Part shown: piece by piece, positions 1 to 7,669 of the stretch | How the letters are laid out: each line of letters starts with the position of its first letter | Position numbering within the stretch: position 1 is the first letter of the stretch | Assembly (NCBI GenBank): GCA_001563335.1 | Contig: LRSL01000114.1 | Coordinates: forward strand, 1 to 10,009 | DNA length: 10,009 nt | Source: Candidatus Thorarchaeota archaeon SMTZ1-45 | GTDB lineage: Archaea > Asgardarchaeota > Thorarchaeia > Thorarchaeales > Thorarchaeaceae | Direction of reading: 5' to 3' | The notes under the pieces: generated by a model | The model's database searches: none | What the model saw: the letters and a program-made list of their open reading frames with translations, nothing else | Told to the model about the DNA's origin: nothing | Program-made: the position numbers and the translations under genes

Positions 1-192
1 GGCTTAGGAGACCCAAGTATGGTAAGCTGGGGCACTATGCTCTATCAAGCCTTTGGAGCTGGTGCGATGTCAAGCAATCTATGGTGGTTGGTCTTCCCAC
101 CGGGAATTGCAGTCGTAGTTCTATTGATGGGTGTTTCAATGGTTGGTTATGCTATGGATGAGATAGCTAATCCAAGACTAAGGAGGAGGTAG
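1..192 (+). CDS. oppC: Peptide/nickel ABC transporter permease (OppC/DppC family), C-terminal fragment, truncated by window edge
   Basis: Frame +1 reads GLGDPSMVSWGTMLYQAFGAGAMSSNLWWLVFPPGIAVVVLLMGVSMVGYAMDEIANPRLRRR, stop TAG 190-192. GLG..SWG.ML, WW...PPG and G..DE..NPRL are the typical DppC/OppC C-terminus. Lies directly upstream of two Opp/Dpp ATPases. Confidence 0.92.
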   Translation, partial: GLGDPSMVSWGTMLYQAFGAGAMSSNLWWLVFPPGIAVVVLLMGVSMVGYAMDEIANPRLRRR

Positions 193-199
193 ATGTAAC

Positions 200-1171
200 T
201 TGACTGAATCAGAACCTGAGATTGTCTTGGAAATACAGGATCTTGGTATCTCATACATAACAAAACAAGGGAAGGTTAAAGCAGCTGAAAATGTAAGCTT
301 CAAAATACACTGTGGCGAGTTTGTAGGATTGAGTGGTGAATCGGGATGCGGTAAGACAACGACCGCGTTGGCATTGATGCACCTGCTTCCAAAGGAAGGT
401 ATCATTGAGAGTGGAAAGATATTCTTCAAGGGGCGGAATATTCTAGAATTTACGAAAAGTGAGATACTCGAGTATCTGTGGCGAGATATTTCCATGATAT
501 TCCAAGGTGCTATGAATGCCCTGAATCCGGTGCATAAGGTAATTGACCAAATGACGACTGCGATTAGAATTCATGAAAATGTTTCTGAAGAAGAAGCAAG
601 GGAGCGATCTCTAGAACTCATTGAATCTGTTGGTATTGATATTTCTCGCGCTGATGGGTATCCGCATGAAATGAGCGGAGGTATGAAGCAACGACTAATG
701 ATTGCACTGGCATTAGTATGCCATCCATCATTGGTAATTGCTGACGAGCCAACAACAGCTTTGGATGTTATGGTGCAGGCTCAAATACTTGACCTGATGA
801 ATCACCTCAGAGATAGGACAAACCTATCTCTCCTTCTTATCACACATGACTTGTCTGTAATTGCAGAAACATGTGACTATGCCATAATCATGTACGCTGG
901 TCGTATTGCAGAGATGGGGTCGATAAAGACGATTTTCTCAAATCCCGAACATCCATACACTATGAAATTAATCTCATCCTTCCCTAGCATTTTATCTGAG
1001 AAAGGAATCGATTTTATTCCTGGCAACCCTCCTGATCTAATTAATCCACCAAGTGGATGCAGATATCATGAGCGTTGTGACTATGTCATTGACAAGTGTC
1101 GACAAGAAGTACCTCCTCTTGTTGATGAGGAAGGTCATATGGTAGCTTGCTGGAGGAGGCATGATATCTAG
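200..1171 (+). CDS. oppD: Oligopeptide/dipeptide ABC transporter ATP-binding subunit (OppD/DppD)
   Basis: Walker A GESGCGKT, Q-loop IFQ, signature YPHEMSGGMKQR, Walker B IADEPTTALD, H-loop ITHD, C-terminal HPYT and GCRYHERC..C..C domain. TTG start with AGGAGGAGGT at 181-190. Confidence 0.95.
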   Translation: MTESEPEIVLEIQDLGISYITKQGKVKAAENVSFKIHCGEFVGLSGESGCGKTTTALALMHLLPKEGIIESGKIFFKGRNILEFTKSEILEYLWRDISMIFQGAMNALNPVHKVIDQMTTAIRIHENVSEEEARERSLELIESVGIDISRADGYPHEMSGGMKQRLMIALALVCHPSLVIADEPTTALDVMVQAQILDLMNHLRDRTNLSLLLITHDLSVIAETCDYAIIMYAGRIAEMGSIKTIFSNPEHPYTMKLISSFPSILSEKGIDFIPGNPPDLINPPSGCRYHERCDYVIDKCRQEVPPLVDEEGHMVACWRRHDI

Positions 1172-2181
1172 TGTCTGATGTCATATTGGAAACTAAGAAC
1201 ATCAAGAAGTACTTCATGATAAGAAGCGGTCTCTTCTCTTCCATATTCACTAGAAGGGAGCCTACTTACATAAGAGCTGTGGATGGGATCGACTTGACAA
1301 TAGATCGTGGTGAGGTATTTGCATTGGCTGGAGAGAGTGGATGTGGAAAAACTACAACAGCCAGATTAATCGTTCAGCTTGAACAGCTTACTGACGGACA
1401 AATCTGGTTTGACGGTGTTGAGATATCCAAACTAAAGGCTTCTGAATTTAAGCCATACAGACGAAGAATTCAGATGATATTTCAAGATCCTTATGGTTCT
1501 CTAAGTAATAATATGACTGTCGCAGAAATAATCGCTGAACCTTTGAAGCTTCATAAGATTTGTAGTAGTGTGGAAGAAGAGGAAGAGTTGGTTGTCACAA
1601 CTCTCGAAGATGTTGGTTTACGTCCAGCTTCTGATTTCGTAGATAGGTTGCCTCATGAATTATCAGGTGGACAAAGACAGAGAGTTGCAGTAGCAGCTGC
1701 ACTTGTCCTTGGACCAGACCTTTTGATAGCAGATGAACCTGTTTCGATGCTTGATGTTTCAATGAGAGGTCAGATTCTTAAACTATTACTTGAATTGAGG
1801 GAGAAGAAAGGAATTACCATAGTGATTATCACACATAATCTTGCTGTGGCAAAACAAATCTCTAATCGCATCGCAGTTGCATATCTGGGCGAGATTGTAG
1901 AAACTGGTGAAACTAAACAGGTGATTGATGATCCACAACATCCCTATACAAAGGCACTCCTATCAGTAGTGCCCGTTCCTGAAATCGATGTAGACCGGAA
2001 ACGTATACTACTCACTGGTGAAACTCCGAATCCGGTAAATATACCTCCTGGGTGCAGATTTCACACACGTTGTCCATTTGCAAAAGTTAAATGTAGTATT
2101 GAAGAGCCATGTCTCACTACTCTTCCAGATGGTCGGCAAGTTCGTTGCCATGATTTAAACGGAGAGCAAGTGGCTAATTAA
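1171..2181 (+). CDS. oppF: Oligopeptide/dipeptide ABC transporter ATP-binding subunit (OppF/DppF)
   Basis: RAVDG, GESGCGKT, IFQDPYGSL, PHELSGGQRQR, ADEPVSMLDVS, HPYT, GCRFHTRCP. The GTG start overlaps the oppD stop (TAGTG). GGAGGAGG at 1152-1159. Confidence 0.95.
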   Translation: MSDVILETKNIKKYFMIRSGLFSSIFTRREPTYIRAVDGIDLTIDRGEVFALAGESGCGKTTTARLIVQLEQLTDGQIWFDGVEISKLKASEFKPYRRRIQMIFQDPYGSLSNNMTVAEIIAEPLKLHKICSSVEEEEELVVTTLEDVGLRPASDFVDRLPHELSGGQRQRVAVAAALVLGPDLLIADEPVSMLDVSMRGQILKLLLELREKKGITIVIITHNLAVAKQISNRIAVAYLGEIVETGETKQVIDDPQHPYTKALLSVVPVPEIDVDRKRILLTGETPNPVNIPPGCRFHTRCPFAKVKCSIEEPCLTTLPDGRQVRCHDLNGEQVAN

Positions 2182-2196
2182 GAGCCCAACTTTTTC

Positions 2197-2254
2197 TGTT
2201 CACAATTGAACATATATGTTGGCCACTCTTTTCTAGATGTTCACTTTTTATATG
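2197..2254 (+). promoter_or_regulatory. Putative archaeal promoter/operator region of the corrinoid-MtmB operon
   Basis: Palindrome TGTTCA-caat-TGAACA (2197-2212), overlapping perfect palindrome AACATATATGTT (2209-2220), a third TGTTCA (2238-2243), then TATA-like TTTTTATATG (2245-2254) about 30 nt before ATG 2284. The T-run at 2191-2195 may terminate the opp transcript. Confidence 0.55.
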
Positions 2255-2283
2255 CCTATAACAGAGCTGGATGTGAATCGAAG

Positions 2284-2931
2284 ATGAGTAAAGAGATTGA
2301 GGTACTGAAGCAAGCTGTCATAGATGGTGATGCAGATGCAGTAATAGATTCAGCCAAGAAAGCGCTAGATGCGGGGATAAATCCTATTGAAATTTTAGAG
2401 AACGGAATTTCTCGTGGTGCCCAGGTTGTGGGTGATCAATTTGAAAAATTGGAGATATTCTTGACAGAACTCATGCTCTCAGGAGAGGCTATGATGGCTG
2501 GATTAAATGTGGTTCTTCCTCATCTCAAGACTGAGGATGTTCCCCAGAAGGGGAAGGTTGTTGTTGGTACAGTACGGGGCGACGTGCATGAGATTGGTAA
2601 GAATATTCTCAAGTCACTCCTCGTTGCAAATGGTTTCGAAGTTAGTGACTTAGGGGTTGATGTTCCCACATCGAAATTTGTTGAGGCGGCTGAAAAAATT
2701 CATGCTGATATTATTGCACTATCTGCTCTCATGACCTCCACTCTTGGTGGACAAAAGGACGTGATTGACTACCTTGAGCAAACCGGTAACCGCAATAAAT
2801 ACATCATAATGGTTGGTGGTGGTCCCACAAATCAAGGCTGGGCTGATGAGATAGGGGCTGATGGCTTCGCTGAAACTGCTCCTGAAGCTGCTAGACTAGC
2901 AATAGAACTCATTGAGAAACGGAGGAATTAA
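2284..2931 (+). CDS. mtmC: Methyltransferase cognate corrinoid (B12-binding) protein, MtmC/MtbC/MttC family
   Basis: N-terminal cap domain (VGDQFEKLEIFLTELMLSGEAM), B12-binding motif GDVHEIGKNI (DxHxxG), DLGVDVP, SALMTST, MVGGG, IGADGF. Start placed at ATG 2284 (MSKEIEV, 215 aa) rather than TTG 2206, whose extension runs through the TATA-like region. The symbol is assigned from adjacency to mtmB. Confidence 0.9.
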   Translation: MSKEIEVLKQAVIDGDADAVIDSAKKALDAGINPIEILENGISRGAQVVGDQFEKLEIFLTELMLSGEAMMAGLNVVLPHLKTEDVPQKGKVVVGTVRGDVHEIGKNILKSLLVANGFEVSDLGVDVPTSKFVEAAEKIHADIIALSALMTSTLGGQKDVIDYLEQTGNRNKYIIMVGGGPTNQGWADEIGADGFAETAPEAARLAIELIEKRRN

Positions 2932-2934
2932 AGT

Positions 2935-4314
2935 ATGATACCAATCATTGAGATTACAAATCGAGCTCTAAATGGGAAACCTATCTTAGAGAAAGACTAT
3001 GATATGCGTGTATTCTCTCCTAGAGTGCGAGAGCTAGTCAAAGAGTATGGTATACATTATGATCCAGCTGCTCTAGTTCCATCTGATGACGGATTGGCTG
3101 ATTCAATCTTTAAAGCTGCAATTGACCTTATCTGCGATGTAGGAGTCTATTGCAAAGATACTGAACGGATAATTGCGTTTGAAGAGAAAGAAGTACGTAA
3201 TGAACTCAAGACATCATTTAACCATGCTATGTTAGGAGAAGGAATGGAACAGCGAACATTGCTACCACGTAAGCCTGAGTCAAAGGAACGTCCGTGGATT
3301 TTTTCAGGTGCAGGTGGTGTAACTGTTTCTAATGAGAATATCTTCTTGCGACTGGTTGAGAGCTATGCTCGTAAAATTCCAATAGCCAATGCAATTACAA
3401 CACCCTGCTTATTGTCTGTGGATGGAATCAATATCCGTGCCAAGTCTCCTTTAGAAATTGAGGGATCTATCAGAACAGTAGTCTTGGGAAGAGAGGCATT
3501 GAGACGAGCTGGACGTCCTGGACTTCCAATCATGAATGCGATTGGAACAGCAGAGTCAGCTATCGCACTTGCCTCAGGTCTTCATCCTGATTTTGGCTTA
3601 AGAAAGACTGATGGCTACATGATTGCTGAACTTGCTGAGTTGAAGACAGATTTTGACTTGCTCAACAGAGCAGCGCTTCTTCAATCATTGAATGTACCAA
3701 TTGCTGGTATCTATGGACCAATCTATGGCGGATTTGCAGGTGGAGCCGAAGGTACAGCAATTACTAGTACTGCTTTTCATATCCAAGGAATCCTAACCTA
3801 CGGTGCTTCTTGGACACTATGTTTCCCAATTCACATTAAATATACTTCAAGTTCGTCATTAGAACTCATTTGGGTGGCAAGTGCTTATTCTCAAGCTGTA
3901 TCTAGAAATACAAACGTACCTGCTCTTTACTATAACTACACTGCGGCTGGTCCTTGCACTGAAATGGTCCTTCAAGAATTTGCAGCTGAGTTTATTGCCG
4001 CTGTATCATCAGGCGCCTCCATAGAAACTGGAGGTGTTGCGAAGGGCAAGTATTTTGATTATCTAACACCAATCGAACCAATGTTCGCATCGGAGGTCGC
4101 ATATGCATCAGCAGGACTGAAAAGAACTGATGCAAATGAAATTGTGAAGAAGATAATACCAAAGTTTGAGGATAGAATCCCTGATCCACCAAAGGGAAAA
4201 CGTTTCCAAGAGTGCTGTGACCTCAAGACTGGTGAGCCTTCGAAGGAATGTTATGATATATACAACAAGGTCAAGAAAGAGGTTATTGATTTGGGTATTG
4301 AATTTCAATATTGA
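2935..4314 (+). CDS. mtmB: Monomethylamine:corrinoid methyltransferase (MtmB) family protein, non-pyrrolysine variant
   Basis: 459 aa. Recognisable MtmB motifs: D..AD..F.A, GVYCKDTERII, AGRPG, ELK.D, PIYGGFAGG.E, AGPCTEM, A.KG, P.GK.FQEC.D..T..P, DLG. No internal TAG. Starts 3 nt after the corrinoid gene, with GGAGGA at 2921-2926. Confidence 0.9.
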   Translation: MIPIIEITNRALNGKPILEKDYDMRVFSPRVRELVKEYGIHYDPAALVPSDDGLADSIFKAAIDLICDVGVYCKDTERIIAFEEKEVRNELKTSFNHAMLGEGMEQRTLLPRKPESKERPWIFSGAGGVTVSNENIFLRLVESYARKIPIANAITTPCLLSVDGINIRAKSPLEIEGSIRTVVLGREALRRAGRPGLPIMNAIGTAESAIALASGLHPDFGLRKTDGYMIAELAELKTDFDLLNRAALLQSLNVPIAGIYGPIYGGFAGGAEGTAITSTAFHIQGILTYGASWTLCFPIHIKYTSSSSLELIWVASAYSQAVSRNTNVPALYYNYTAAGPCTEMVLQEFAAEFIAAVSSGASIETGGVAKGKYFDYLTPIEPMFASEVAYASAGLKRTDANEIVKKIIPKFEDRIPDPPKGKRFQECCDLKTGEPSKECYDIYNKVKKEVIDLGIEFQY

Positions 4315-4326
4315 TAATCAACAAAC

Positions 4327-5457
4327 TCACACCCATAACCTATGCCCAAAATGCAGAACTGCAGTGGACTCTCCATCCTCCCGAGATATCTCTTCGACGC
4401 CATCAAGTGCTACCAAGTTCAGTATAAGCTTGATTGCAAAATCTTTGAATGACGGCGTTCTAGCGCCAATTTGGACCCTAACTAAGTCGCCATCCAACTT
4501 CACATCGCATCTTTCTAATAGTCCGGTCGAGGAGATATTAAGAGCTGCTTTCTGTACATGATCAAACACTGACACTTCTTTGTCCGGTGGGGATGGAATA
4601 TACTGCGGTCCAACATTTCGAATGCTTATGAGTGTCTTTTCGCTGATTGGGTCGTTGATTGTGTGAGTTATCAACCAATCGAGAAGAGGAGCTGGAAGCG
4701 TGGCATTTCCTGCCCTACCTGATTTCATAAGAAGTTCCTCTCTCCGTTCCTTCCATGCACCAAAGATTCGTTGATTCCGATTCTCTTTCTTTATACTAAA
4801 CTCTTTGTCATCTAGCCAATGAATACTAATTTTATTTGCTGCTATTATCTCTACATCAACTGTGTATCCAGCTTCGTCCCAACTGGAAAGTAGAAAAAGA
4901 ATGATTACTTCTGGAATAGTTCGTAGCATTTTCACTGTTGCGAGAATTGTCTTTCGTTCGGGGAAAAACTCTGCAGATCTCAATATTCCCATCTTTTCGA
5001 GTAATTTGATATGTTCTGCAAACGCATGGTATGTGTTCTTCCAAGTATCATTCTCAATTACGCCAAGTCCACGTAGAAGTTTTGTTTGTTGAACTCCTAC
5101 TTTTGAAATGTTCTCAATGAACTCATTTGATGATTGGTTTGCATGTCCCAAATTCATGAAAGCCTCGAGAAACTCCGAGTTCATTAATCCCATCTCTGCA
5201 GTTGTCACAAGAGAAGAGAGCAATTTTGATGATACTGATGCTTCGCACGTTTCACAATCCGGATGATCTTTTCTCTTCGAGAAGTATCGCACTGCCTCCT
5301 CTAGAGTGTCATTTATACGACCTGATTCTCCACTAATCTCATTCAGCATTTCCCTAGTTGAAACAGAAATTGTAGTGTGTAAATGAACACGTGAATTCTT
5401 TCTCCTAATTTCTTTGAGACTATCCGCCTTTGAGCTCCAACTTCCTTTCATGAACAC
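4327..5457 (-). CDS. Hypothetical protein; probable ribbon-helix-helix transcriptional regulator with CxxC linker and duplicated V4R-like domains
   Basis: 376-aa ORF filling the gap, convergent with mtmB (12 nt apart). N-terminal RVHLHTTISVSTREMLNEISGESGRINDTLEEAVRYF has a beta-alpha-alpha RHH pattern, followed by CETC and two similar C-terminal modules. Start is GTG 5457 or ATG 5451. The domain calls are by eye. Confidence 0.7.
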   Translation of the reverse strand: MFMKGSWSSKADSLKEIRRKNSRVHLHTTISVSTREMLNEISGESGRINDTLEEAVRYFSKRKDHPDCETCEASVSSKLLSSLVTTAEMGLMNSEFLEAFMNLGHANQSSNEFIENISKVGVQQTKLLRGLGVIENDTWKNTYHAFAEHIKLLEKMGILRSAEFFPERKTILATVKMLRTIPEVIILFLLSSWDEAGYTVDVEIIAANKISIHWLDDKEFSIKKENRNQRIFGAWKERREELLMKSGRAGNATLPAPLLDWLITHTINDPISEKTLISIRNVGPQYIPSPPDKEVSVFDHVQKAALNISSTGLLERCDVKLDGDLVRVQIGARTPSFKDFAIKLILNLVALDGVEEISREDGESTAVLHFGHRLWV

Positions 5458-5507
5458 ACTTCCCTAGTTATGTTCAAGGAGTATCTACTATATTTACATT
5501 ATGAACA
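5451..5507 (-). promoter_or_regulatory. Putative promoter/operator of the RHH-like gene
   Basis: Minus-strand TAAATATA (5489-5496) is flanked by TGTTCA (5471-5476) and TGAACA (5502-5507). A third TGAACA (5451-5456) lies at the start codon. Confidence 0.45.
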
Positions 5508-5621
5508 AAGAACTTGTTGCTCGTAAATAAGGTGTACATAATTCCAAGAGAATGTATTTCATTGAATCAATCTTTTTTCTCATCTTGAGATCTGAGGTAT
5601 CATAGTATCTTCTGAATAATC

Positions 5622-5669
5622 CCTACCAATCCAATTAGGAACCTTTTTCCAATAGAACTCTATAGGAAA
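5622..5669. promoter_or_regulatory. Operator-like inverted repeat(s) upstream of the deacetylase
   Basis: TTTCCAATAGA-ac-TCTATAGGAAA (5646-5669; 11-bp arms, 1 mismatch). A degenerate upstream copy CCTA-N10-TAGGAA lies at 5622-5641. Both copies are CC-N14-GGAA. Confidence 0.45.
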
Positions 5670-5685
5670 GTAAGGTGCCAAATTA

Positions 5686-6513
5686 ATGGAATGGAAAAAT
5701 GGAGCTAAATGTGCTGTCTGTCTTACTTTTGACTTTGATGCAGACACTTCGTGGAGAAACATACTTCGTCGCTGCAATATTGAGCGGGATAACCCAGTTG
5801 TTATCTCCATCGGTGAATATGGTCCACGGGCTGCTCTACCTCGCATTTTAAGGCTTCTCAAGAGTCACGATATCAAGGCAGGATTTTTTGTTCCAGGTGA
5901 AGTAGCTGATCGTTTCGCAAATGCAGTAAAGGACATTCATAATGCTGGTCATGAGGTTGGGCACCATGGATATCATCACAAGAATCCCGCACGCCTCACA
6001 CCCTCTGAAGAGATAGAAGAACTCGAGCGAGGGTCAACCGCGTTAGAGAACATCACAGGGTACAAACCTGTTGGATATCGCGCACCTGCAGCGGATTTGA
6101 GCCCACATACTTACTCACTTTTGGCTAATCACGGACTGATTTATGATAGCACTATGATGAATGATGATATACCATACATTGTTGAAATCGAGGGCAGAAA
6201 GATTGTTGAGCTACCAATAAGATGGATGCTTGATGACTGGGTCTATTTTGGTTTCAATATGTTTCCAGCTCTTGCCTATCAAAGTGGCATAAGTAGTCAG
6301 GAAAAAGTCTTTGAGATCTGGTCAGCTGAGTTCGAGGCTATCTATGATGAGGGACTGTATTTTATGTTGACAATGCATCCGCAAATAATGGGTGTTCCAT
6401 CTCGAAGTAAGATGCTTGATAGGTTAATACATCTTATGAAGTCGAAAGGTGATGTGTGGTTTGCCACGCCTAGAGAAATTGCTGAGTTTTGGCTTGAACA
6501 TGGAGGAGATTAA
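5686..6513 (+). CDS. Polysaccharide deacetylase family (CE4), PuuE/HP0310(PgdA)-like metal-dependent amidohydrolase
   Basis: TFDFD, GEYG, FFVPG, HEVGHHGYHH metal-binding motif, GYRAP, YDST...DD.PY, ELP..W.LDDW, LTMHPQ.MG..SR, VWFAT..EIA. No signal peptide, so probably cytoplasmic. Confidence 0.9.
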   Translation: MEWKNGAKCAVCLTFDFDADTSWRNILRRCNIERDNPVVISIGEYGPRAALPRILRLLKSHDIKAGFFVPGEVADRFANAVKDIHNAGHEVGHHGYHHKNPARLTPSEEIEELERGSTALENITGYKPVGYRAPAADLSPHTYSLLANHGLIYDSTMMNDDIPYIVEIEGRKIVELPIRWMLDDWVYFGFNMFPALAYQSGISSQEKVFEIWSAEFEAIYDEGLYFMLTMHPQIMGVPSRSKMLDRLIHLMKSKGDVWFATPREIAEFWLEHGGD

Positions 6514-6515
6514 TC

Positions 6516-7274
6516 ATGAAATGACTAGAAGGTAGGGTTGCTATCATCACTGGAGTTGCATCAGGTATTGGACGCGCAACAGCCAACCTATTCGCAAAAG
6601 AAGGAGCCCGAATTGTGGGTGTTGATATTGATGAGGAAGGGGGCAAGTCCATCACAGAGAAGGTTCAAGCATTTGGAGGTAGTATGACATTTGTGAAAGC
6701 AGATGTATCAAATGAAAATGAAATTAGTACATTCTTTGATATTGCTCAAGAAATGGGCGGAGTAGACGTTTTATTCAATAATGCTGGTGTTGAGGTAGCC
6801 AAGAGTCTCTTGGATACATCAGAAGAGGACTGGAACAAGAACATAGATGTAAACTTGAAGTCTGTCTTCTTCACTTGCAAATATGCCATCCAACAGATGA
6901 AAGAAAAAGGAAAAGGTGTGATCATTAATAATTCGTCAGTTGCAGGTCTGGTCGGATCATTCTCTCCTGCCTACTCTGCAGCTAAGGGCGGAATCATTGC
7001 CTTAACAAAGGCACTGGCCACAGATTTTGGACAGTATAACATCCGTGTGAATTGTATCTGTCCAGGAGCTATTGAAACTCCTATGTTGGAACGTGTCATA
7101 AAGTTTCAAGGTGAACCATCTGAGGTCCGTGAGAGAAGATTGAAGAACTATCCACTTGCTCGTTTTGGCTATCCTGATGAAGTTGCCCAGACTGCATTAT
7201 TCCTGGCATCAGATGACTCGTCCTTTGGGAATGGAGCTACCATTCCTGTCGATGGCGGTTTCACTGCTAAATGA
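6516..7274 (+). pseudogene. Classical short-chain dehydrogenase/reductase (SDR, FabG-like) with in-frame TGA at codon 3
   Basis: ATG 6516 (GGAGGAG at 6502-6508) reads M-K-*(TGA 6522-6524)-LEGRVAIITGVASGIGRATANLFAKEGARIVGVD, in frame with the 6615-7274 ORF. That ORF has NNAG, SS, YSAAK, IRVNCICPG and VDGG. The 6615 ORF alone lacks the essential TGxxxGxG motif. The SDR identity is firm; pseudogene status versus sequencing error is unresolved. Confidence 0.75.
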
Positions 7275-7558
7275 TCCAAATTAAAAAAAACAGACTCTTA
7301 TCCAAAAATAGCAAAACACCTGCATCTTGGGCGTTAAATGGCTCACTCAATATTTAATACCATTCCTACGCAATTATTGGTTTAAGGCGAATGCAGATAT
7401 CATGACAAGACTTATGCAAAAGGTCATACGATATATCCATAGAGTTCGATTCTGGAAGATAGGATACTCGCCCACATCTAGTTGTTTTCTGTATCAAATT
7501 TTATTGAGTGATCCCAGTAATTTTGTATTCGGTTCACAGTTACAAGGGAGGTGAGATT

Positions 7559-7669
7559 GTGGGCAGACATAACAACTCCAGAGGACCTCGAAATAGGAAT
7601 CGGAACTCTCACCGAAGACACATTCCTGTGATAGAAGATAAATTGGATATAGGCTGGTCAGGCGCTTAG
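7559..7669 (+). CDS. Candidate 36-aa Arg/Asn/His-rich small protein
   Basis: GGGAGGTGA (7546-7554) lies 4 nt before GTG 7559. Reads MGRHNNSRGPRNRNRNSHRRHIPVIEDKLDIGWSGA*. No family recognised. Confidence 0.3.
   Translation: MGRHNNSRGPRNRNRNSHRRHIPVIEDKLDIGWSGA

Noticed and set aside
193-198. ATG-TAA start-stop element between oppC and oppD
   Set aside because: It is in frame with the oppC stop (TAG ATG TAA) and is easily explained as a tandem stop or chance.
2206-2283. 26-aa N-terminal extension of the corrinoid ORF from TTG 2206
   Set aside because: It runs through palindromes and the TATA-like box and does not resemble the family. ATG 2284 gives the typical ~215-aa length.
5350-5469. TTCCCTAGTT repeated at 5350 and 5460
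   Set aside because: A 10-nt match is expected by chance in 10 kb, and one copy is within coding sequence.
7396-7437. SECIS-like hairpin downstream of the TGA-containing SDR (GATAT/ATATC stem, ATGA-N12-AAA, 3' GA)
   Set aside because: Only 10 nt separate AA from GA, so helix II is too short and weak for a eukaryote-type SECIS. ATGAC can simply pair with GTCAT, and the UGA is at a non-Cys, non-catalytic position. SECISearch could settle it.
7327-7554. 75-aa ORF with TTG start
   Set aside because: No RBS, no recognisable motif and atypical composition; probably spurious.
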